A stretch of 64,000 nt of DNA from Octopus bimaculoides (taxonomy: Eukaryota). How positions within the stretch are numbered: the first letter of the stretch is position 1; the number at the start of each line of letters is the position of its first letter. Both the position numbers and the translations under genes were made by a program. The notes beneath the pieces were generated by a model. The model ran no database searches, was not told the origin of the DNA, and worked only from the letters and a program-made list of their open reading frames with translations. Positions 37,961-49,773 of the stretch are shown piece by piece. Where the stretch lies: contig NC_068998.1 in NCBI RefSeq assembly GCF_001194135.2, forward strand, positions 34,482,019 to 34,546,018, written 5' to 3'.

Positions 37961-38995
37961 AAATATGAATATATATATAGACGGTTGTAAATTGTAAAGC
38001 ATAACTGTCACCAATACTACATGAACCTGAAGATTGCATAGTTTAATGCATGAAAGTACTAGTTCAATCAGAATGAACATTTAATCTTCTGTCATTTCAT
38101 TATATTATATTATCTTATATTATTATAAGATGAAAATCAAAGTTGGAATTTCTTTGAGTAATATATATATAAGTATGTATGTATTCATGTATATATTTGT
38201 ACATGTGTATATATATACGTATGTATATATTTGTACATGTATGTATATATGTATGTATATATTTGCATATATGTGTATATATGCATGTGTGTGTTTATAT
38301 ATACATATATACCCCACACCTTGTTAACAAAGAAGGGATATGTTTTAAAATTTTCAGTCAGAGGGAAATAGCACTAACTGATAACATTATTCTTAAACAG
38401 AATAAAATACAATAATCATCCATAAAACTATTACACTTTTAGGTAAACAATTATCATATCGCTTATTCATATCTCTCTTTTCTAACTGTGATATGACATA
38501 TTCAATGGAGAAAAGCTTTCATGTGATCTTCACACATTACCACTACATGAGCTTAATACATGAATATTGACCAATCAATTTGCACATTAACTGATATTGT
38601 TCTGAGTCACATTCTTGCTTTAAATACAAACTGTTTTCATAACAACGGCCAGAATAGACACAATTCGTGACAAAACTGCATACACTGTACACTTCTGAAA
38701 ATCTCTTGTGAAACCAGTAAAGTGTATTCCTATATCTTAAAATATAATTCAATTCTAATTAATTCTAATATATTTTCACCTTCATTTTTTCAATTCTGAA
38801 ACTTGTTTTGATTCATAACAGTATATATANNNNNNNNNNNNNNNNNNNNNNNNNNNNNNNNNNNNNNNNNNNNNNNNNNNNNNNNNNNNNNNNNNNNNNN
38901 NNNNNNNNNNNNNNNNNNNNNNNNNNNNNNNNNNNNNNNNNNNNNNNNNNNNNNNNNNNNNNNNNNNNNNNNNNNNNNNNNNTATATATATATAT

Positions 38996-39164
38996 GATAG
39001 ATTGCTAGCCACTATTTCTATTTTCTCTCCTTGTTTATTTCTGAGTTCCTTTCTGTCAAAGAGCATAGGCTTGAAAAAGACTTTCTCACTTCCCAACCAT
39101 TAAACTAATACATCTGTTTGTTGTTTACATACCTGTCTTCGTCTTTTGTCTTTTTGTAAATTCC

Positions 39165-39170
<6 letters not shown>
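38996..39170 (+). repeat. Short interspersed repeat with hammerhead-like motif, copy 1
   Basis: Homologous to the reverse complement of 40283-40470; ends in (TA)n. Confidence 0.7.
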
Positions 39171-39206
<36 letters not shown>

Positions 39207-39424
39207 CCACATGCACTATATACTCGTTCTTCAGTTCAGCTTTCTTATTTTTCTTATTTTAGTGTCCTTTGTCTGAAACGTTTCATCACACATCCTGTGG
39301 CCTCTTCAGCAACTCTCCATCCCACATGTTTCCTCCAGTATATAGATATATGAATGTATATGTAATCATACTGTGAGATTTAGATTTTAATTGCATGAAC
39401 AACCAATATCTAAAACTCTATGAG

Positions 39425-39840
39425 CATGTGTAGCTGTGTGGTAAGAAGCTTGCTTTTCAACCACATGGTTCCAGGTTCCGCTCCATTGCATGGCACCTTG
39501 GGCAAGTGTCTTCTACTATAGCCTTGGTCTGACCAAAGCCTTGTGAATGGATTTGGTAGACAGAAACTGGAAGAAGCCCATTATTGTATATAAATATATG
39601 TATGTATTTTTTTTTGTGTGTGTGTGATTGTCCCCCCACCATTGTTTGACAACTGATACTGGTGTGTTTATGTCCCCATAACTTAGTGGTGCAGCAAAAG
39701 GGAGCAATAGAGTAAGTACTAGGCTTACAAAGAATAAGTCCTATGGCCAATTTCTTCAATTAACACTCATTAAGGTGGTGCTCCAGCATGGCCGCAGTCA
39801 AATGACTGAAACAAGTAAAAGAATAAAAGAATAAAAGAAT
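39425..39840 (+). mobile_element. Family-A SINE, near full length
   Basis: gctgtgtggtaagaagcttgct...ggcaccttgggcaagtgtcttct...ccagcatggccgcagtcaaatgactgaaac. Confidence 0.9.
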
Positions 39841-40179
39841 TCTTATATATATCTCCAAAGAAAATAACCATGTGGTTCACTTGATTTGTAGTCTGAATTT
39901 CCTTTGATTGGTCCAGAGTAAAAAAAAAAGAAAACAAAACAGAAGAGTTTATTATGGTCATTGATAATGTAACACCATCTGCAGTCCAGTATAAATTTTA
40001 AAGATCACTAGTGAAAGTAGGGCAATCTCTGAAGGTTTGACAATGCAATCGGCTTATAGGATTTTCTTCATTAAACAAATAATTTTTATTGTTAATGAAA
40101 CATGGATTAGATGATGATACAACTAAATAATTTCTGAACAAACTCTCTAACTGCATTTTGTTATTTCTATGCCTGTATA

Positions 40180-40227
<48 letters not shown>

Positions 40228-40282
40228 CATTATATGTGTTGATATGTTTATATATGTGTGTGTGTTTGTGTATATATGTTTA

Positions 40283-40470
40283 TATATGGGGAGAATTCAC
40301 AAAAAAAAGCAAAAGACGAAGACAGGTGGTGTAGACAACAAGCAGATATATTAGTATAACGCTCAGGAAGTGAAAAAGTCTTTAACATTTCGAGCCTAAG
40401 CTCTTCCACAGAAAGGAACACAGAAAGAACAAGGAGAGAAAAAAAGAATGTGTAGTGGCTAGGGATATGT
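40283..40470 (-). repeat. Short interspersed repeat with hammerhead-like motif, copy 2
   Basis: Minus strand CTTT-CTGTGGA-A-GAGC-TTAG-GCTC-GAAA-TGTT-AAAG. Confidence 0.7.
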
Positions 40471-40893
40471 ATGTATGTGTGTATCTTACATATATAAAAA
40501 CATCGTCTTCATCATTTAACATCCATTTTCCATGCTTGTGTATGTGTATGTGTGTGTATGTGTGCATGCATATATACATATACATGCGTATACATGATCA
40601 TATGTATGTGCATATTTATGTATGCATGCTTGTGTTTATGTTCTTCTCCATATTACAGCTGCATGTATTCAGGATAACATTGTTGAACATATGTACACTA
40701 ACATACACATGCACAATCACACATACTTATAAATGCATGTATGCACTCACAAACATGTGCGCACACACACACACAGAGGAAGTATTTGCTACTGGTAATG
40801 CGTGTGGTGAAGGATGTGGGTATGTATGTGTTTCGAGTGTATGATTATATAATATAGTTGATGTACATGTTAGTTAATGAATCTGTAATTCTG

Positions 40894-41011
<118 letters not shown>

Positions 41012-44000
41012 CATTTGAGCTTTTCATGTATTTTCACTTTTTCCAACTGTCACACAGGGTGGCTGGATTTCTTTTGATTTTGTTCTTTCATTCTGATTTC
41101 TTCTCTCTTTTCTTCTCTCTCACTTCCACCTTTCACCCCTCTCATTTCCTTTTCTGACTTCTAATTCCCCCCTCTTTCTCTCCTCTTTCTTTCTCATATC
41201 CTTACTTTATATCACTCTGTCTCCTTTCTTTCTCTTTCTCTACTTCTATCCCATCCTATTTTCTCACTTTTTTTGTTTCTCTCTCTCTCTCAGTCTCTCT
41301 CTCTCAGTCTCTCTCTCTCAGTCTCTCTCTCTCTCTCAGTCTCTCTCTACTTCTCTCCATTTCATTCTCCTCACATTTCTCACTTTTTTCTTACCATTAC
41401 TCTGCCACTCTCACTCTCTCTCTCTTTTTCCATTTCATTCTCTCTTTTCTCACTCCTCCCCTTTCTATTACCTCACCTCTTTTCTTCTCACTCTCACTCT
41501 CACCTTACTTTCTCTCTCTTTCCCATTCCATTCTCTCTGCTCTCATTTCTCCCTCGCTTCTCTTTACTCCTACTCTTTCCATTTCAATCTCTCTTCACAA
41601 CTCTTTCGGCATTTCTCTCTTTCTGTCACTCTACCTTCCCACTTTCTCTCCTCCCTCCAATTCTATCATATCCTGAGGAGAAATTCTTTTCCATTAGTCA
41701 GCTCTTTCATTTCCATAGCTTCCAGCAAACATTCTTTCATTGATAGCTGTTGCGTCTCTCGGTGTTTCATTTCTCTACTTAATGCTGGCCACTCCAGCTG
41801 TGACTCTTGTCCAAGCTGGTTATAAATTCTCAGTACACAGTTCTCAGACATCCTCATCACAAAATTCCACACCACATCATTAGAATTAATTTAAGTAGAA
41901 TGTAATTCTTGATGAGAAAGATATAAAACATTCATAATAGTGCTTTCTTGTAACTAAAAAGTAATTGTTCTCTTTATACATTAGCAGTGAAGCAAATTAG
42001 TTTCTCTGCCATACTTTCCAATACAATGTGATCCAAAGCAACAGAACAGCCTCTAAGTGGTAATTCACCGTGCTAGAAATAGCAGTCAAAATTTTTTTAA
42101 ATCACACCATTTATTTTTCTCTTGGAAAGTGAAGGATATGCTGGATAAAAATAGAATGGCCATGGTTGGAATGTCATTAGGATTGTCTTGTCCTAGATAC
42201 ACTATGTCCAAAATAAACAGGCAGCATGGTCATAACTAACGAAGCGTTTACTTATGGCAAAAATAGATATTACAATCAAATATTTGACTTCATTCAATTA
42301 GCCAAACTGTTTCTCTCCAGTTTTGTGGTCTTATTATTTTGGTTATCATCAACTAAGCGATGACTTAACTGAGCCAGATTAAATGTGTTCCAATATTCAG
42401 TTTTGTCTTTCTAGCAGATTTGTTAGAGTGTCAGATGGGTTGCCTTGCAGTATCCCATCTGTTTTCTGACCTTTTGCATTCTGATAAGAACATCTGTGAT
42501 GGCACTGGTATCCTGCTGCATCAGCCTTGTCTTTCCTATAGACATTGGTGGCATAGAGAAGAGAAACCTCCAACTGCTGGTATTCCATTGCCCAAGTCTT
42601 AGCGAGGAAATTTCCAGGGACATCTCCATAGTCACATAAAACTATCATATGTCAGTGAAATGAGTAGAAAAAATGTAGGATCATGAAATTGGCATTATCT
42701 TATTTTATCTTTCTGTCATCTTGTGTACAAAGCCTGCTGGGGTTGATTCTGTATTTTATTCTTCTAATGAGGATTAATAAATTAAATTCCTATAATAATA
42801 GTGGGATTCAATCAAGTGACTTACCTGAAAATTTCTTGCTTTGTCAGTTCAAAAAGTTAGTACATTCTTTTCTTCTTATGAAAGATTCTGCTCAAAATGT
42901 TAATGATTTCTCAAGAACTTAACACATCCCAATTCAAGCTGAAAAGGAGGGGTGGACTTCTAAGATGTCATGTGACCTTCAAGAAATAACATCTATTTCT
43001 TCATTGCATTACACCCTGCTATCTCTAAAAGTAGCTTGAATATTGTAGTCTTATACATTATATCTGGAAATAAGTTGGAATGGTCACAGTTGCACTGTCT
43101 TTGACCATAAATCTGTTCAGTCAGGGTTGGCCTGATAATACAAGCCTCAAAATTACATCTACAAATACCAGGTTTTATTTCTGATTTTTAGTGAACCAAT
43201 TCTTGCTATGCAACTAAACATGAGCAGCTCAAGGTTACCAAAATACTTAACAATTAAACTGAACAGCTGAACTCAAGGAAACCCAAAATTTATCATTTTC
43301 AGTCAACATATTCATTTGTAACAGTAACTTTAATAGATTCAGGTTTCATAACATGATTTGGCTCAAAATGCTTTGCATGATTTCTGCAACTTTTTGATGT
43401 TTGATATTAATATAGTCATGGGGCATTCACACTGAATCTTTTAAATACTGTCATGTTTTAATTTCACAGCAGTTAAACCTCAGAATAAAAACAATGTTAG
43501 TTCCCTTAGGAATAAGACATGGCAAGAAATACAACATAGACGTTTTTTTAATAATCATAAAATTTTAGACTCACTGTGAAAATAAAGAAAACTGTTACAC
43601 CACAGGGTTTTATCTTACCATTTGTACAAAAATTTGGTTCAAATGATTAGTTTCTAGAGAAATAATAGCCATCTCCTGCCTAGAGTGAGATTAATAGCTT
43701 GTAGATATTTATAGCATGTGGGGTACTATAAATTTCATGTGATTGTATAAAACAGTAATAATGAATACATGAGCGTGTACATACACATATAAAAACACAA
43801 ATATATATAGAACAAGTAGAAAGATATATTTTCAACAAGTATACTATTCAGGATTTATGCATTGAAAATATATCTTTCTACTTGTTCTACAATACATTTC
43901 ATCGCTTAAAAAAAAAAAAAAACTTATGTTTGTTTACATATGATGTTAGAAATATATGTGTCTGTGAGTGTACACACACATATACATTATATATCCATAC

Positions 44001-44526
44001 ACAAATATGTATATATACATGTATACAAACATATAAATATGTATTAATACATATATATGTATACATTTGTATATACATACACAAATATGTATATACATAT
44101 ATATATATATACATATATACATGTACATATACATGTTGGTATGTATATGAGTGTATGTTTTTGCATGTGTGTGTCTGCATATGTAATTGAAAGTGGATCC
44201 AGATTACCATAAACATTTCTTTTTAATTATTCTTTAATTATGAAATATAGTAATATTTTGCTTGTTTTAGATATTTTCCTAATTACTTCTCTTTCTGTAC
44301 TGTTACTTCTTTATCATACAATTCTTTTAACCTCTTTAAGTATATAAACACTCAAAACTGCATACTGTACTTACTCTTTCAATTTATCCTCCTCTCACCC
44401 TTTTATTTACTTCTCTTCTTCTTTCTTTTCTGTCCATACTTCTTTGTTTTCTCTCAGATCATAAAGATTTCCTTTGAAGTTACTCAGATGATTTATGATA
44501 CTCTGTGCTAGATACACAGGTTTAAT

Positions 44527-44704
44527 ACAGTTCTATATTTAAGAGACGAGGAATTATGTACATTATTTATATTCAACGAATATTTGTCCTCATCTTGTTT
44601 GTTGTTAACTCAACGTTTCGGCTGATATACCCTCCAGCCTTCATCAGGCATCTTGGGGAAATTTCGAACCTGGGTTCTCATTCCTAAGGTATTTTTTGAT
44701 GTTG

Positions 44705-44745
<41 letters not shown>

Positions 44746-44859
44746 CGAACTCAGAATCTTGGGGTTAGTAGCCCACTCTCTTAACCACTATGCCATACGC
44801 CTGTGGTTAAGGGCGTGGGCTACTAGCCCCAAGATTATGAGTTCAATTCCAGGCAGTGA

Positions 44860-44909
<50 letters not shown>

Positions 44910-45073
44910 TCGAAAATTACCTTAGGAATGAGAGCCCAGGTTCGAAATTTCCCCTAAGATACCTAATGAAGGCTGGAGGATATATCAGCCGAAAATGGAT
45001 TTTCAACAAACCAAACAAGATGAGGACAAATATCCATCAAATGGAAATAATGTAAATAATGTAAATAATGTAC
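44527..45073. mobile_element. Fold-back (head-to-head) pair of a tRNA-headed, hammerhead-bearing retroelement
   Basis: Arms ~44555-44788 and ~44803-45073 are reverse complements. Each reads tRNA-like head, (AAT)n, then catc(g/a)aaaa..ccttaggaatgaga.cccaggttcgaaatttcccc, hammerhead, aacaagatgaggacaaatat. Confidence 0.8.
44607..44652 (-). ncRNA. Minimal type-I hammerhead ribozyme motif
   Basis: GATGC-CTGATGA-A-GGCTG-gagggtatat-CAGCC-GAAA-CGTT-GAGTT. Intact core, 5-bp stem II, palindromic ACGT stem III, imperfect stem I. Confidence 0.7.
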
Positions 45074-45774
45074 ACAGATTCAATGTTTTACCTTCTCAAC
45101 CTGATAATTGCTTGAACATAACAAACTAATAAATGAATCCATCTTCTAAAATGTTCTTGTCAAGTGATACACTAAAACTTTGACTTTTACCATTTCTTTT
45201 ACTTACACTTCCAGTGGGAACTTATCCTCCCTGTAACAACATGAACACCTGCTAAAGTATCAATATATAGGTGAATTTATTTACGTTGTTCTTGCATTAA
45301 TTTATTCATAAAGGTCATGATGAAATGACTACAGCTTTTCATTATATAATGAATACTGTATGATCAGTGCTATATAATCATTGCTCACATTCATGTTTTC
45401 CAACTTAAATAATTTATTACTGAAATATTGTTGAAATAGCTGTAACCAAGGAATAAATACACTGTACCAGTACCTTCATTCTTTGCTTGTTATATATTTA
45501 TGTATGAATGGATGGCTGGATGGATGGATTGAGGAAAGTTCAGTACCTAACAGAAGATAGTTTACTCCTAAACAGGTATTGTTGGGTTCAAGGGTTTCTG
45601 CTCAAGATGAAATTACTAGTCACACTGGCACTGAATTCTCAACAGCTGAAATAAAGTAATTAGATTGATTGAATCAACTGGAACACACATCATTGTAACT
45701 GACAGAGAACGAGATAGATATATACACATATATATACTTACGCATACATAGCATACACACACACACACACGTGT

Positions 45775-45975
45775 TTTCATCCTCTTCTTGACATGGTATA
45801 AGGGTTGTAAACAAGCATCACCATCCCTGTCTTCTGTGAAAAACCTGTTGGGCCATGTTTGGGAAAAGGTGATGGTAGTTCACAGGAAGGGCATCCAGCC
45901 ATAGAAAATCTGCTTCAGTGAATTCTATCTGACCTGTACAAGCATGGAAAAGTGGACATTAAATTGATGACGAGG
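45775..45975 (+). mobile_element. RTE-tailed repeat
   Basis: aggaagggcatccagccatagaaaatc...agcatggaaaagtggacattaaattgatga. Confidence 0.65.
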
Positions 45976-45985
45976 GCTATGTATG

Positions 45986-46033
<48 letters not shown>

Positions 46034-46645
46034 TAGGTGTGGGGTATGGTGATGTATGAAACTTCTTGATCTCTCATTCACACACACACACATATGCACA
46101 ATTATATATGTATGTATATTTGATTGGTGTGTCAGCTAGAAAGAAACTTGAAGTAATGAAACATTTGTCAAATTTACCAATGATACATGTATATGCATGT
46201 GTGTGCTAGTGTGTATATATGTGTACTGAAGTTTTGACCATCATTTGTGTGATTCTGTCAAAAGAAAAGCGTGTACCTCGGTCTATAAGCAAGTTGATAG
46301 GGGGAGTATATTGGAGATATTGAATAACACTAAATGAACCATATTTTTTTTATTGCAAAGTATATCCCAATAGGGATGATATTATAACATGACCTCAACC
46401 AGAGAAGACAAGTATAGCTCATTAGCCTTCATTTCTAGATGTTCGTCAATAATATTTAAAATACCTAGAATTAAAGACAATTATTCAAACATCAATGTTT
46501 ATATGTATAAGTGTATGTATGTCAACAAATATATGTGTATATCTATGCATGTGTATATGTATACACATAAAACATGAATGTCCACATTCCTAAATTTGCT
46601 CACATATACATATGTGTGTATGTGTGTATTGATAGATAGATATAC

Positions 46646-46677
<32 letters not shown>

Positions 46678-46969
46678 TATACATATTTATAGATGTGTGT
46701 GTGTATGTATAGAGAGTGATACATATCATTTATATGTTTATAAATATACATATATATGTGTATTTGCTTTGCAGCCACATGGTTCTGTATAGCATTTTGG
46801 GCAAGTGTTTTCTAGTATAGCTTCCAGCTGACCAAAGATTTGTAAGTAAATTTGAGAGATTGAAAGTGTAAGAAGCTTGTCATATGTACATACATACATA
46901 CATAGATACATAGATACATACATACATACATACATGCGTACATACATACCTACATACATATATATATAT

Positions 46970-47399
46970 ATATAAATACAGTGTACATTTAAACACATAA
47001 GAAGTATCCATCATAGGATTCCTTGCACACTAGAAGGAACAGCTAAATCCAAACCACTATTAAGGATAAATTTTGGAGGGAATGAAAAATAAAAACATTT
47101 ACCATCTATCTCCTGAATCATGGTTTCAGACTTTTTTAGCAAATAAAATGCTGGATTACCTCGTGCTTATATGTTTAATCTAGGTGTACCTGCTGATGAA
47201 GACTTCGTGTAGCAAATTATTTTATTTGCTAAAAAAGTCTGAAACCATGGTCCAGGAGATAGATGGTAAATGTTTTTATTTTTCATTCCCTTCGAAATTT
47301 ATCCCTAATAGTGGTTAGGATTTTAGCTGTTCCTTCTAGCGTGCAAGGAATTCTATGACGGATAACTCTCATGTGTTTAAATGTACACAGTATTTATAT
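46970..47399. repeat. Long inverted repeat, ~175-bp arms with ~70-bp spacer
   Basis: tataaatacagtgtacatttaaacac...ttttttagcaaataaaa mirrors ttttatttgctaaaaaa...gtgtttaaatgtacacagtatttata. Confidence 0.9.
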
Positions 47400-47490
47400 G
47401 AATAATATATAGTCTATTGACTAAATTTTTTGACACGCTAGGCCACTGGTAGTAGAAATTTTTAATATTTCTTATTTCCCTGATATTATT

Positions 47491-47544
<54 letters not shown>

Positions 47545-47880
47545 AAAAAATGTGCCTGAAACAGCTGTAGTGATGAATCACTATTCATCTGTTGTTATTT
47601 ATTTCATTCACCTAACTCAGAACCTGCAATTAGCCTTGATCTACATTCTATTGAGTGCAGTACAACTAGTGCAGTGTTTCTACTCAGGTACAGTATGGAG
47701 ACGTGATATATCCAGTCAAATACTTATGATGATACATGCAACTGGAGTATTAATCTGTCTTTACTTCAGTATGTATCCATATGGTCCTCTATTGTTGTTT
47801 TGTACATGATAGCAATCTCATTGACCCGACCTTGATGCTTTATTATTTGAGGATCTGATTCACTCAAATCCTGAACATGC

Positions 47881-47986
<106 letters not shown>

Positions 47987-47994
47987 ATTCATAC

Positions 47995-48545
47995 TCTTTT
48001 ATTCTTTTGCATGTTTCAGTTATTTAACCCTGACCATGCCGGAGCACCGCTTTTAGTCAAACAAAATGACCCTAGGACTTGTTCTTTGTAAGCCTAGTAT
48101 TTATTCTATCAGTCTCTTTTGCCAAAAAGCTAAGTTTTGGGGATGTAAGCACACCATAGATATATATACATATTTATATACACAATGGGCTTCTTTCAGT
48201 TTCCATCTACCAAATCCACTCACAAGACTTTGGTCAGCCTGAGACTCTAGTAGAAGACACTCGCCGAAGGTGCCATGCAGTGGGACTGAACCCAGAATCA
48301 TGTGGTTGGGAAGCAATTACTACACAGCCATATATGTGTGTGCCTTTGTGTCTGTGTTTCTCTCCCACCACCACTTGACAACTGGTGCTGGTTTGTTTAC
48401 ACTCTCATAACATAGTAATTCAGCAAAAGAGACTATTAGAATAAATATCAGGCATAAAAATGTACTGGGGTGAATTCATTCCACTAAAATTTTCCAAGGT
48501 GGTGCCCCAGCACCGTCATAGTGTAGTAAATGAAACAAATAAAAA
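47995..48545. mobile_element. Family-A SINE (minus, ~47995-48330) abutting a plus-strand family-A 3' module (~48335-48545)
   Basis: Same diagnostic modules as the other family-A copies, in opposite orientations. Confidence 0.75.
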
Positions 48546-48615
48546 ATAAAATATATATAAATACACACACACTCACACATATTTACATATCTCTCTCTCC
48601 CTCTAACTATATTTC

Positions 48616-48646
<31 letters not shown>

Positions 48647-48877
48647 CTCTCTCTCTCTCTCTCCCTCTCTCTCTCTCTCATATGTATATACACATATACA
48701 TATGTCTACATATATATGTATATATATACATACATACATATATATATGTGTGTGTATATATATATATACACATATGCACATATATACATATCTATACGTA
48801 TATATATACACACACACACACACACACATATATATATGTATGTGTGCATGTATGTGTGTGTATATACAAACATACAT

Positions 48878-48930
<53 letters not shown>

Positions 48931-49469
48931 TACATAATACATACACACATACAATATAAAACATTTTTACTGGAATAATTTGTGATTTCTTCCTTTTTAT
49001 ATATATCATTATCCTGTTGACTCACTCGATTAAATTGCTTTAATAAATTTCTGTATTGGCTGAAAATTAAATGTTGTAACACTAATTCAAAAAATACCAA
49101 TAAAAACATTGGGGCAAAAATTCATATAATAATATCAGATTTAAGAGTAACTTCAAATATTGTATCGTAATCATCATCATCATCATCATCATCATGAACA
49201 CCACTACCATCACGACTATCACCACCACTACTACCACCACCATCATCATCATCAGCCTCATCATTGTTTAATGTCCATTTTCCATACTGATTTGACAGAA
49301 TCTGGAGAGCCACAGGGTTTCATCAAACTCCATTGTCACCTTCACTCTGGTTTTTATAGTTGGATTCTCATTCTAATGCCAGTCATGTTATAGTGATTAT
49401 TGTCTATTGATGGATAAGCTACAGAACACTAAATGTTCCTTATATGCTTCTTTCTTATATATTCTTGAT

Positions 49470-49773
49470 CAATGATTCTCAAACTTATTTTGTTACATTA
49501 TCTCTATTGGAATTCCCAAAGATCATGGAACCGATCTATGATATTCTGAAATATTTTAGAACCTATACCTACATTTTCTGACAATTCCTGCTTTCCTGAT
49601 TTTATTAAGATATTAGATGAAAGAAACATTTTTCTTGGAAAACTTTTTATTTTCTTAAAAAGCATACAACTTTCTATTTTGAGAATAGCGAATACTATTA
49701 TCTTATCAAATCAATTTTTATGAAATTTTATTAAAATTTTGGGTTTCTTTGGCACCCACTTTGAGAGACACTG
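49470..49773. mobile_element. hAT (Charlie-like) MITE
   Basis: Ends CAATGATTCTCAAA / TTTGAGAGACACTG; decayed 8-bp TSD TTCTTGAT / GTCTTAAT. Confidence 0.65.

Noticed and set aside
41666-41875. Protein-like frames on both strands (possible TM exon on plus)
   Set aside because: Minus strand VMRMSE...RIY...WPAL resembles a decayed RTE C-terminus, and it adjoins low-complexity DNA. No independent exon support.
44743-44850. Functional tRNA genes (also at 17101)
   Set aside because: A/B boxes are present but there is no complete acceptor stem or cloverleaf; these are SINE heads.
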